Below are positions 10,949 through 20,238 of a stretch of 64,000 nt of DNA, in pieces. Location of the stretch: positions 32,001-96,000 of the forward strand of contig CAWELD010000004.1 in assembly GCA_963809895.1 (NCBI GenBank), given 5' to 3'. The notes under the pieces are model-generated. The model was not told the DNA's origin, ran no database searches, and worked only from the letters and a program-made list of their open reading frames with translations. Both the position numbers and the translations under genes were made by a program. The DNA comes from an uncultured Gemmatimonadales bacterium (GTDB taxonomy: Bacteria > Gemmatimonadota > Gemmatimonadetes > Longimicrobiales > Gaopeijiaceae). The stretch's first letter is position 1; the number at the start of each line of letters is the position of its first letter.

Positions 10949-12957
10949 TCCTCCCGGAGATACCCACGCGCGGTAGCCTCGGCGCCGCATCTTCATCACA
11001 GGCACGATGTTGGCCGTGGTGATCATGGCGGGACTGGCCGGATTTCTAGCGGTGAATCAGCGCATGCGAACGCGGTTGGCCGAGGCCACCGACGCCTACG
11101 CCGAGGAGCAGAAGATCGCCGACCAGTTGACCGGGGCCGTCATGCGTCAGCTCCTGCTGGTCGCCCTGCCCTCCCGGTCACCGTTCGGGGGCCTGGGCGC
11201 GGAGTTCCGGCGGGCCGGCGACGAAGCCAACGCGCTGATGCAGCGCTATCTCTTCCGCGACCCTCCCGAGGAGCGTCTCCACTCGAGCGGGTGAAGGCGG
11301 CCCATCAACGTCTGGAGGTGGCCGCCTCCAGGATCACGATGACGGTGGCCGCCGACGACACGCCGAGCGCCGAGGCGGCCGCCAACGAGCTGCTGGCGGA
11401 CGCGTCGGCCCTGCACGAGGCCCTCAACGGCTTCCTTGAGATGCGCGAGGCTGGCTGCAGGCGCTGCGCGCGCCAGAATGCCGAGTTCATGGCCCTCGAC
11501 GTCGGGGGCGCAGGCTTCGCCCTGCTGGACCTCCTGGGGTCGGGCTACCTCGGCCGCTTTCTCCAGCTCCGGATGACTGAGCCGCTTGCGGCCCTGACCG
11601 ATGCGGCGCGCCAAATCGGAGAGGGCGACCTGGAGGCCCGGGTCCCCACCGACCACGATCGGGAGTTCGCCCGGGTCGCGATGGCCTTCAACGACATGGC
11701 CAGAGATGTGACCCGGGTCCGTGAGGAGCTCGTTCAACACAACCGCCAGCTCGCCGAGGCCCTGGAGAGCCTGCGCCAGGCCCAGGCCGAGCTCATCGAA
11801 TCGGAGAAGCTCGCGGCCATGGGCCGCATGACCGCCGGCCTGGCCCACGAGCTTAACAACCCTCTGGCGAGCGTCCTGGGATACGGGGAGCTGCTGAACG
11901 AACACCTGACTTGAGACGGTGGACCGGAGGCCCGCTTGCTCCAGGACGAGTTGGTGGCACCCATCGTCCAGGAGGCGGCCCGCGCGCGTGAGCTCGTCCG
12001 GAACTTCACCCAGTTCGCCCGGGGATCGAGTCGCGAGCTGGGGCCCGTCGGGGTCTGGGAGGCCCTGGACACCGTGGCGGGCCTCCAGCGCTTCGCCTTC
12101 GAGAGCGCCGGCCTGACCCTCGAGGTGGAGGCCGTGCCCGACGTCTGGGTGCTGGCGGAGCGGCAGACGCTTCAGGAGGTCTTCTTCAACCTGGTGAGCA
12201 ACGCCTACGACGCCAGGCGCGAGAGCGGCGAGGGGATGCTCCGGATGGGGATCCCTGGATGACGGCGAGCTCGTGCTGTCGTTCGAGGACCAGGGCCCGG
12301 GCCTGGAGGACCTGGAGCACCTGTTCGAGCCCTTCTTCACGACCAAGGCCGTGGGTAAGGGAGCCGGCCTGGGCCTCGCCACCGTGCACCACGCCATGGA
12401 GCGGTTCGGCGGCAGCGCGCGGGCCGCCAATCGTGAGGCGGGAGGCGCCCGGTTCGAGCTCCGGCTACGGCTCGCCGAGGCACCGGAAGCGATCGGCGAT
12501 GCCGTCGCGGAGCAGGGAGGCCCCCGGGAGGCGGGTGGAGGTCGGCGGCGTGGAAAGCGAGGACGCGAAGACGGCGGCCAGCCCCCGGGTTCTGGTCGTG
12601 GAGGACGAGCCCTCCCTGCGCCGGCTCCAGAAGCGCCTCCTCAACCGCCTGGGCGCCGAGGTCATCCTCACGGCCAGCGTCGCGGAGGCCCGCACCATTC
12701 TCGCCGACCGCGACGTGGACCTCGTCGTCTCCGACGTGAAGATGCCGGGAGAATACGGCATCGAGCTCTATCGATGGGTCGCCGAACACAGGCCGGGCCT
12801 GGCCGGGCGGTTCCTGTTCGTGACCGGCGACGTAGGAGCCGCGGCGATCGCCAATCTCAGCGAGGCACGTCCCGGGATCTTCCTCCACAAGCCCTTCGAC
12901 ATGAAGGAGTACATGGCACGGGTGTCGGCGCTCCTCGGCATTCCGCGGAACGGCTGA
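10945..12957 (+). CDS. hybrid sensor histidine kinase (TM-HAMP-HisKA-HATPase-REC); multiple frameshifts
   Basis: AGLAHELNNPL, NLVSNA, DQGPG, FEPFFTTK..G.GAGLGL; receiver VLVVEDE...VSDVKMPG...HKPF. Confidence 0.85.
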
Positions 12958-12994
12958 GCGACACCTGGAAGCTCCACTCGACGAGGGAACATGG

Positions 12995-13021
12995 GGACGA
13001 TCGGATGCCACCCGGGATTCT
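12995..13021. repeat. 27-bp direct repeat, copy 2
   Basis: Identical to 9624-9650. Confidence 0.92.
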
Positions 13022-13052
13022 ACGCGCCGCCGGAGTCACGGCAAGGAAGCCG

Positions 13053-13460
13053 CTACCCGAGCTCCTCCAGCAGGTCGGCCGGCGTGCGAGCAGGGATCGG
13101 CGAGCCCTCGAAGTCCTTCAGGTTCCGCGAGGCGATGTAGAGGGCACCACACGCGCGGGCTGCGGCGACCTGCATGGCGTCCTCCAGGTCCGACATCTGA
13201 AGTGACGCCGCGAACCGGAACCCCTCGGTATCGGTGGGTGCGACGGTCGCGAAATCGGTGAGTGCCCGCAGGAAATCGCGGGTGTCAGCTTGGCCGCGCG
13301 CCGGCCGCAGCAGGTAGTAGAGGTTCGACAACGTGTGCCAGGCCACGAACGCACCGCCCCGCCGCTGCTCCAGCCGGTCGATCAGCGCCGACGAAGCCTC
13401 AGCGTGCGGCGCGCGGTCCAGCGCGACGTCGAGGATCACATCGGTGTCCAGCAGGATCAT
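13053..13460 (-). CDS. PIN-domain toxin
   Basis: MILLDTDVILD...DLEDAMQVAAA...SRNLKDF. Confidence 0.9.
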   Translation of the reverse strand: MILLDTDVILDVALDRAPHAEASSALIDRLEQRRGGAFVAWHTLSNLYYLLRPARGQADTRDFLRALTDFATVAPTDTEGFRFAASLQMSDLEDAMQVAAARACGALYIASRNLKDFEGSPIPARTPADLLEELG

Positions 13461-13684
13461 CGATACTTCTCGGCGAGGGCCCGGTAGCGCTCGTCCTGCT
13501 CCCGGTCAGCGAGAACCATGGTCCCGCGCCAGCGCGCCGAGAAGGATCCGCTCTCGCCTTCGCTCGTCATGTCACGCAGCGCATCTTCGATCAGTGACGA
13601 CAGCGACACGCCCCGGCGGCGCGCGAAGCGCTTGGCCTCCGGGACCAGATCCTTGTCGACGGTGATCGTGAGTTTGGTTTTCAT
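13457..13684 (-). CDS. RHH-type antitoxin (DUF6364-like)
   Basis: MKTKLTITVDKDLVPEAKRFARRRGVSLSSLIEDAL; ATGA overlap with the PIN gene. Confidence 0.85.
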   Translation of the reverse strand: MKTKLTITVDKDLVPEAKRFARRRGVSLSSLIEDALRDMTSEGESGSFSARWRGTMVLADREQDERYRALAEKYR

Positions 13685-13686
13685 GA

Positions 13687-13718
13687 TATACGTATACGTT
13701 GCTGTACACACGTATACT
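13687..13718 (-). promoter_or_regulatory. TA autoregulatory operator
   Basis: ACGTATAC repeated at about 13690 and 13710, with ATACGTAT palindromic cores directly at the antitoxin start. Confidence 0.55.
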
Positions 13719-13758
13719 GCGCAAGAAGACGACCTTCCGTCAATCCCCCGCCCGCGCA

Positions 13759-14355
13759 TCACGACGCCGGACGGATCTCCCAGGGTCCGGTGACCACCCC
13801 CGCGGTGTCGTCGCGGGTCAGGAACGGACCGCAGCTCCAGGTGCCCTCGGCCCCGGACGCCGTGCGGTGGCCCCGCATGACGGCGAGACTGTCGTAGAAC
13901 GGAACGCCCGTGTCCTGGTTCAGCGGCGTGACGAACTCCACCGAGTCGCCCGGCAGCAGGTGCACCTCCGCGGCGGGAGAATAGAGGTCGGGGCGCAGGC
14001 CGATCCCCGCGCCTTCCGGATCCAGGACCGTGCGCAGCGCTTCCCCGCCACCCTGCGCGATCAGCAGGCCGCTGGAGGCCTCCCGATCCCCCTGGATCAC
14101 CTCGAAGCGCAGGTCGAGGGCGCATTCGATAGAGAACTCGCCGTGCATGCCCTCGGCGGTGCCGGTGAGGGCGAACATGCCTGGAAAGGCCGCGGCGATG
14201 CTGGGACGGGTCGCATCGTCACCTCCGCACGCGGCGAGGACGAGCGCCGTGAAGCAGGCGCCGGCCACCAACCCCCGCTTGCGGGCGCTGGTGCGATCCC
14301 GGACGCGTGCCGCGCGGCACGGCTGCAAGGTACTGTCGACGTCTGAAAGTGCCAT
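13759..14355 (-). CDS. hypothetical lipoprotein
   Basis: LVLAACGG lipobox; start position uncertain. Confidence 0.55.
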   Translation of the reverse strand: MALSDVDSTLQPCRAARVRDRTSARKRGLVAGACFTALVLAACGGDDATRPSIAAAFPGMFALTGTAEGMHGEFSIECALDLRFEVIQGDREASSGLLIAQGGGEALRTVLDPEGAGIGLRPDLYSPAAEVHLLPGDSVEFVTPLNQDTGVPFYDSLAVMRGHRTASGAEGTWSCGPFLTRDDTAGVVTGPWEIRPAS

Positions 14356-14468
14356 GGACCCGAGGGCGTAAGGGACTGCGACGGGGGAGCCTCCGTGGCG
14401 CACCCGCTCGAGGGGAAAACGATTCAGCATTGGCGAACCGGACGTCGGTCACCCACAGGGAGGGGCGG

Positions 14469-14981
14469 ATGGGGGAGCAGGGACACGTGCTGGCGCAGGC
14501 CAACGTGGCGCGCATGCGCTTCGCACCCGACGATGCCCGCATGACCGACTTCGTGGCGGCGCTGGACCGGGTGAACGCCGAGGCCGATGCCGCCCGGGGA
14601 TTCCTGTGGCGCCTGCAGACCGACGCGGGCCACAGCATGGACGTGCGCGCCTTCGACGACCCCCGCATGCTCTTCAACCTCTCGGTGTGGGAATCCCTCG
14701 AAGACCTGTTCCGCTACACCTACCGGAGCATGCACGCCGATTTCTTCCGGCGGCGGCGGGAATGGTTCGAGACCGCCGAGCGTCCCTCGGTGGTCATGTG
14801 GTGGATCCAACCCGATCACCGCCCGTCGGTGGCCGAGGCGCTGGACCGGCTCGACGCGCTCTGGACCTCGGGACCCTCACCCGAGGCCTTCGACTTCCGG
14901 ACCCCCTTCGACAGCGGGGGCGGCGCGCTGGATGCGGAGTGGCGACGGCGGGTCGCGGTGCCGGACCCGGCCACGCCCTGA
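14469..14981 (+). CDS. DUF3291 domain protein
   Basis: LAQANVARMR...VNAEADAARGFLWRL...NLSVWES...RRREWF...GPSPEAFDF. Confidence 0.85.
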   Translation: MGEQGHVLAQANVARMRFAPDDARMTDFVAALDRVNAEADAARGFLWRLQTDAGHSMDVRAFDDPRMLFNLSVWESLEDLFRYTYRSMHADFFRRRREWFETAERPSVVMWWIQPDHRPSVAEALDRLDALWTSGPSPEAFDFRTPFDSGGGALDAEWRRRVAVPDPATP

Positions 14982-14999
14982 CACGGGAACGGTCGCGGA

Positions 15000-15881
15000 T
15001 CAGCCACCCCCGGTCGCCCCACCGATGGGCGACATGCGGTTCAGATATCGCCGAATCGCTTCCGCGTAGGCCGGGCCCTGGACCACCGTCCCGTGGTCCC
15101 GCCCCTGGACGATCTGGATCTCGAGCTCGGGGTCCAGCGCCTTCAGGGCTTGCGCGCGCGCCAGCCTGGGATCCTCCGAACCCACCACGGCCAGCATGGG
15201 CCCCAGCCCCGCCGCCTCGTCGTCGCTCAGCGCCAGGGCGGGATACGCCTGCGCCAGCGCGGCCAGGGCCTGCACGTCGTTCCTGCGGAATCCCTCGAGC
15301 TCGTCGCCCGACAGCTCGGTCGTGTCCACCTGCAGCAGGTCTCGCCCGGCCTGGGCCATGCCCCGAAGCTCCTCGGCCGAGGTGAGGCCCTCGCCGATCA
15401 GGACCGTGGCGCCGATGCGGTCCGGATGGCTGGCGGCCGTGCGCAGGGCGATGATCCCGCCCATGGAGTAGCCGATCAGGTCGGCGCGCGCGAGGCCCAG
15501 CGTGTCCAGCACCCGGACCACGTCGTCGGTGAGCGTGAGGCCGTAGTCCGAAGGATCGTGCGGTTTATCGCTCCGTCCGTGCCCGCGGATGTCCATGCCG
15601 ATGACCGTTCGGCCCGGAATCAGCGCCGCCAGCAGGTCGTGCCACTGCTCGGGCAACCAGCGCGCGGCCCAACCATGCAGCACCACCACCGCCGGCCCAC
15701 TCCCCTGCACTTCGACGTGCAGGACCGCGCCATCGGCCTGAACCCGCATGACGCGCGGCATGGTGTCGGGCTCGGGGGTGGGAGGACTCGCCTCCCCACC
15801 CCCGTCACCGCAGCCGGCGGCGACGCCTGCGAGGGCCAGCCCCGCCACCACCCACATCGCACCCCGCAGGCGCGCCGGCAT
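15000..15881 (-). CDS. alpha/beta hydrolase lipoprotein
   Basis: VVLHG, DIRGHGRS, GYSMGG nucleophile elbow. Confidence 0.88.
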   Translation of the reverse strand: MPARLRGAMWVVAGLALAGVAAGCGDGGGEASPPTPEPDTMPRVMRVQADGAVLHVEVQGSGPAVVVLHGWAARWLPEQWHDLLAALIPGRTVIGMDIRGHGRSDKPHDPSDYGLTLTDDVVRVLDTLGLARADLIGYSMGGIIALRTAASHPDRIGATVLIGEGLTSAEELRGMAQAGRDLLQVDTTELSGDELEGFRRNDVQALAALAQAYPALALSDDEAAGLGPMLAVVGSEDPRLARAQALKALDPELEIQIVQGRDHGTVVQGPAYAEAIRRYLNRMSPIGGATGGG

Positions 15882-16336
15882 CACACCGCCGCCTTCATCG
15901 CCTCGACGTACTCGTCCAGCACGCCGACCCATCCGCCACTGTACGCGTCCCGCTGCGCCTGGCCCTCGTCGCCCAGGACCTCCCATCCACGATGCTCCAG
16001 GCGGACCACCGTACCCGCGCCATCGGTAGCGGCGCGGAAGGTCACCTCCACCTCGGTCTCCTGGCTCTCAGGACGACCGGGATGCCAACTGAAGACCACC
16101 CGCTCCGGCGGCTGCCAGTAGCGGATGCGCCCCCATTCGTGGAGCGCGCCGTCGGCGTCCACCTCCGTCACCGCCTCCCCCACCGCACCCCCGAAACGCA
16201 CGTCGCGGCAGCGATCCTCGGACACCGAGTGCGTCGCCATGGGCCACCACGACCCGATGTCGGCGGTGAAGCGCCGAAACGCGACCTCCCTCTCCACCGG
16301 AACCGTCACCTCGCACATCACCGGCGAGATCGTCAT
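15881..16336 (-). CDS. SRPBCC/AHSA1 domain protein
   Basis: AFRRFTADIGSWWP...WQPPERVVFSW...TEVEVTF...LEHRGW...GW. Confidence 0.88.
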   Translation of the reverse strand: MTISPVMCEVTVPVEREVAFRRFTADIGSWWPMATHSVSEDRCRDVRFGGAVGEAVTEVDADGALHEWGRIRYWQPPERVVFSWHPGRPESQETEVEVTFRAATDGAGTVVRLEHRGWEVLGDEGQAQRDAYSGGWVGVLDEYVEAMKAAV

Positions 16337-16647
16337 GCCTCCCCTCCTCCCGTTGAATCGAACGAGCTCCGGAAGGCCTCCATGGCGCCGCTCCAGAACG
16401 ACTCCACATACGCCCGCAGGGGCTCGAGGCCTTCAGGCCGCACCCGGTAGATCCGGCGGCGGCCGTCCTTCTCCACCTCCACGATGCCCGCCTCGCGCAG
16501 GACCTTGAGGTGCTGCGACACGGCCGGCTGGCTCACGGGCAGCGCGTCCACCAGCTCCCCCACGGGCCGCGGTCCGTCCCGCAGCAGCCGCAGGATCGAT
16601 CGCCGGGTGTCGTCGCCCAGCACCGTGAGGAGCGCGTCGTGTTGCAT
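16333..16647 (-). CDS. ArsR/SmtB family regulator
   Basis: LGDDTRRSILRLL...VSQPAVSQHLKVLREAG; TTGACA -35 and an ATATA..TATAT dyad upstream (16655-16682). Confidence 0.9.
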   Translation of the reverse strand: MQHDALLTVLGDDTRRSILRLLRDGPRPVGELVDALPVSQPAVSQHLKVLREAGIVEVEKDGRRRIYRVRPEGLEPLRAYVESFWSGAMEAFRSSFDSTGGGEA

Positions 16648-16712
16648 GGACAACATATAAGTTACGACGAATATATTGTCAACGGGGGATCCCTTTTCAG
16701 GAAGCAGCGACC

Positions 16713-18551
16713 TCAACTCGACGAGCGGACCTCGAAGTGCCGCCCGACGTGGCCGACGACGAAGCGAGGCTCGTCCGGGACGCGAGACGAAAAGTAGATG
16801 CGCAGGCAGCGTCGCGGGTCGTAGGTGTTCCCGACCACGATGTGCTCCTCGGCCTCCACGACTCCGCCGTCGGGGGCCGCAAACCGGTACTGCTCGCGCA
16901 GGCGTGCCGAGGTCGAGCTGGCGATGGCGCCCCGGTAGTCGATCCCCAGGTCTCCGAACGCCTCCCGGAGGGATGTTCCCAGGGCCCCGTCTCGCCGGCG
17001 GCGCGCCACACGCGCCATGGCGTCCAGGATCGCCCGGACGCGCTCCGGATCCTCATAGGGGCTGGCGTCGGCGGACGCCAACGCGGAATCGAGGACGACG
17101 AGGGCGTCGGCATGGGACTCTCCCGCTTCGCGCACCACATCCGGGAGAGTCAGCCGCTCGTCACCCTCCTCGAGGGCGGCCGTCCGGGACGGCTCCAACT
17201 CGTCCCCGACCCGCTCTTCGTCCACCGCCGAGGGGAACGCATGGTCCAGGATGTCTTCCAGACGACCCAGACGGCGCTCGATGGCATTCGTGCTGGACGA
17301 ACGCACCGCCGCGATGGTACGGAGGCGCTCGACTTCGTCGGCGAGGTCCACGTTCGCACGCAGCAGCTGCTCGACGAGGCCACCGAGCGCCGCCACGTCC
17401 GCCAGGAGTCGATCGAGCCGGGGCGCCAATACACCGTCGCGTCCCGGCTCCTCGTTGCCAGCCTCCACGGCGTCGGCACTCCCCGTCGGTGACTCCAGAT
17501 CGGCCCTCGCCGATTCCAGATCCGTGGGTCCCGCGTCCGCCCCCTCTCCAGGCTCGGCCAAAGCGCGGCGTCGTTCGGCGATGGACGAGGGCAGGGTCAC
17601 CTCGCGCCCGACTTCGATCCCCACTTCGCCGAGCCAGGTCGCGCGCATGATCGGGTCGGACAGGCGGTCCGCGACCAGCAGTGGATGCTCGAACGGATCG
17701 TCGTGCCGGGACCAGCCGGGAAAGTAGCACCGAATGGCGCCGCGGTAGCACGACATGGGCGCCCCGCCCAGCGCGTCGCTGAGGGCGAACGTCTGCCGAT
17801 GCTGCTGCAACACGTGGAGGCGGGCCCGGCCGAGCAGCTCCCAGGCCGTGTCGTCCGGATCCACCACGTAGCCTCCGTCCTCGAGGGGAGACAGGACCGC
17901 CACGGGGGCGCTGCGCGTCGGCGAGGCCAGAACGCTCAACACGAAGTCCTCTTCGTCTCCAGGTCGGATCGGATCGGCGCTCAGCGGGCTCCCCATCCAC
18001 GAGAGATCGACGCGGCCTCGCAGGGCCCGAAGGAACCCTGGCTGTGCCTGACCCGCCCCGACGTACCCTCGCACGCTGGACAGGCCGTCGTCGGCGGTGA
18101 CCCGCACCGCGATGCGCGTGAAGGAGGGTCGCTCCTCCAGGAGGAGGCGGGTCGTGATGGGAGCCCCCGCCACCACGGGATGGACGGCCCGCCAGATCAA
18201 CTCGCCCACCCACTCCTTTCCAGGCTCCGCCATGACCTCGTACCGCAGGCCACCGAACCGGGAAGGGGCGCGTTCGCGGGGCTCGTCGCGGAGCAGGCGC
18301 GGACAATCCTCCCAGGTGCGACGGATGTCCTCGGTCACCGCAGCGAGGATCATCTCCACCACCGGTCGCCCCCTCACCATCGGCGGCGCCGAGCATTCCA
18401 GGGCGTACAGGGTGTTCTCGATCGGTCCGGCCGTGAGCTCACCATCGGGAACACCGGCGGCGGCCCGCAGAATCCGTTCGGGCTCGGGACCCACGATCCG
18501 CCAGCCGGTCGGGAGCTGTATGCCGCGGTGCGCGCGTGAGGAGCGACTCAT
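16713..18551 (-). CDS. conserved hypothetical protein with coiled coil and putative RelE-like C-terminal domain
   Basis: Intact ~612-aa ORF with PVAVLS..DP..GAIRCYFPG..DPFEHP core, heptad region, and C-terminal EEHIVVG..RCLRIYF..VVGHVGRH. Confidence 0.75.
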   Translation of the reverse strand: MSRSSRAHRGIQLPTGWRIVGPEPERILRAAAGVPDGELTAGPIENTLYALECSAPPMVRGRPVVEMILAAVTEDIRRTWEDCPRLLRDEPRERAPSRFGGLRYEVMAEPGKEWVGELIWRAVHPVVAGAPITTRLLLEERPSFTRIAVRVTADDGLSSVRGYVGAGQAQPGFLRALRGRVDLSWMGSPLSADPIRPGDEEDFVLSVLASPTRSAPVAVLSPLEDGGYVVDPDDTAWELLGRARLHVLQQHRQTFALSDALGGAPMSCYRGAIRCYFPGWSRHDDPFEHPLLVADRLSDPIMRATWLGEVGIEVGREVTLPSSIAERRRALAEPGEGADAGPTDLESARADLESPTGSADAVEAGNEEPGRDGVLAPRLDRLLADVAALGGLVEQLLRANVDLADEVERLRTIAAVRSSSTNAIERRLGRLEDILDHAFPSAVDEERVGDELEPSRTAALEEGDERLTLPDVVREAGESHADALVVLDSALASADASPYEDPERVRAILDAMARVARRRRDGALGTSLREAFGDLGIDYRGAIASSTSARLREQYRFAAPDGGVVEAEEHIVVGNTYDPRRCLRIYFSSRVPDEPRFVVGHVGRHFEVRSSS

Positions 18552-18609
18552 GACACGATGGTGACACGAGGACTGGCTCGGCGCCAGGGAAGCCACCCGC
18601 CGGGCGCCT

Positions 18610-19008
18610 TCAGCGCGCCAATCCCCTCACCACCCGAGCGGCAGACCCGATGACGGCAGCCACCAGGAACGCCGCCGCCATCATGGCCAACCATCGGCGG
18701 TGCACCCAGGCCAGCCTGGTCAGGCCGATGGGCGTGCTGGCGATGAACCAGACCCAGAGCGCGACGGCACCGAGCCACAGCCGGGTCAGGTAGCGGCGGC
18801 GCCACCACGGGGCGGCCAGCCCGAGCGCGACGCCCAGCTCAACGAGGCTCTGCCCCACCAGCAGCTCGACCGTCTGGAGCGTGGGGATCCCGATCATCCT
18901 CGGCTGCGCCAGGCGCGCCGGGGTGGGCACGGTCGTGAACGCCTGCCACATCATGGGGAGCAGGATCACCCAGCTCACGAGCAACCCGGTCCACAGCAGC
19001 CACTTCAC
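18610..19008 (-). CDS. hypothetical membrane protein (4 TM)
   Basis: VKWLLWTGLLVSWVILLP... hydrophobic ORF immediately downstream of the GH43 gene. Confidence 0.65.
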   Translation of the reverse strand: MKWLLWTGLLVSWVILLPMMWQAFTTVPTPARLAQPRMIGIPTLQTVELLVGQSLVELGVALGLAAPWWRRRYLTRLWLGAVALWVWFIASTPIGLTRLAWVHRRWLAMMAAAFLVAAVIGSAARVVRGLAR

Positions 19009-19043
19009 CGTGGCGGTGCGATCCGAGCCGGCCCCTGATCCCC

Positions 19044-20060
19044 TCACCGCGCCGGATCCGCCGCCACGCCTTCCTTCGTGATCTTCACCGGCAGGATGGT
19101 GCCGTCGGGCGCGAAGTGGAGCTCGTCGATGGCCACCACGCGGTGGTTGCGGTCGGTCTCGCCCAGCGGCCGGCGGTGGTAGACGATGTACCAGCGGCCC
19201 GAGCGCGGCGCATGCAGCACCGAGTGGTGCCCCGCCCCCGTGGCCACCGTGGAATCCTGCTCCAGGATCTTTCCCACCCGCTGGAACGGACCCGTGGGCC
19301 GGTCGGCCACGGCGTAGGCGACGGCGTAGTCGGGCCCGGTCCATCCCCCTTCGGACCACATGAAGTAGTAGCGGCCGTCCTTGCGGAGCATGTACGAGCC
19401 CTCGACGTAGCCCTCGGGGGTGATCTCGCGGAAGACGCTGCCGTCGTCGAAGGGCACGAACCCGGTGAAGCCGTCGTTCAACCGCGCGATGTTGCAGTGG
19501 CGCCATCCCCCGTAGGTGATGTACCAGGTGCCGTCGGCGTCCTGGAAGACGAAGGGATCGATGGGCTGCGCGCCGTTGTGGAAGGCGTCGATGAGCGGAT
19601 AGCCGAGGTAGTCCTCGAAGGGGCCGCCGGGCGAGCGGGACCGGGCCACCCCGATCCCCCCTTCTTCGTCGTCGCTCTGGATGTCGTTGGCCGAGAAGAA
19701 CAGGTAGTACCAGCCGTCCTTTTCCACGATGGACGGGGCCCACAGCGCCCGGTGTCCCCAGCTCACGTCGTCCAGCTCCAGGACGTGGGGATGCCGGATC
19801 CAGGTCACGAGATCCGGCGACGAGAAGGCGTCCATGGTGACCTGCTCGTCGTACGGCGCCGAGGTCGTGGGATAGATCCAGTACTCGCCCTCGAAGACGT
19901 GCGCTTCGGGATCCGCGTACCAGCCTTCGAAGACCGGGTTGTCCGGAGGGGAGCCCGCCGCCACGAGCACGGCAACGCCCGCGACGGCCACGCCGGTCCA
20001 GGCGGCGCGTCGCCTCGCGGAGCCCCGAGGCGGGGTGAGAATCCGGGATCCCTGTGACAT
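19044..20060 (-). CDS. glycoside hydrolase family 43
   Basis: YADPE, LWAPS, IDPFVFQD, EGSYM, GAGHHSV five-blade propeller motifs. Confidence 0.92.
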   Translation of the reverse strand: MSQGSRILTPPRGSARRRAAWTGVAVAGVAVLVAAGSPPDNPVFEGWYADPEAHVFEGEYWIYPTTSAPYDEQVTMDAFSSPDLVTWIRHPHVLELDDVSWGHRALWAPSIVEKDGWYYLFFSANDIQSDDEEGGIGVARSRSPGGPFEDYLGYPLIDAFHNGAQPIDPFVFQDADGTWYITYGGWRHCNIARLNDGFTGFVPFDDGSVFREITPEGYVEGSYMLRKDGRYYFMWSEGGWTGPDYAVAYAVADRPTGPFQRVGKILEQDSTVATGAGHHSVLHAPRSGRWYIVYHRRPLGETDRNHRVVAIDELHFAPDGTILPVKITKEGVAADPAR

Positions 20061-20238
20061 GGAGCGCCTCCTTCGTCGGTCGGTCCGGCACGGTAGGTCG
20101 CCAGGAAGGGCTCCACAAGCGGACACCCGAGCCCTCGGCTGGACGCGATGATCGTTTTCGCCTCGATCTTCCGCTTGTGAGGTCGGAAGGAGCCACGCCC
20201 CGCGCGCACGGCTCCGCGACTGCGCCTCGGAGGCCCTC

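Noticed and set aside
14414..14428. LacI-type operator (GAAAACGATTCA)
   Set aside because: Imperfect single site with no LacI regulator or sugar genes adjacent.
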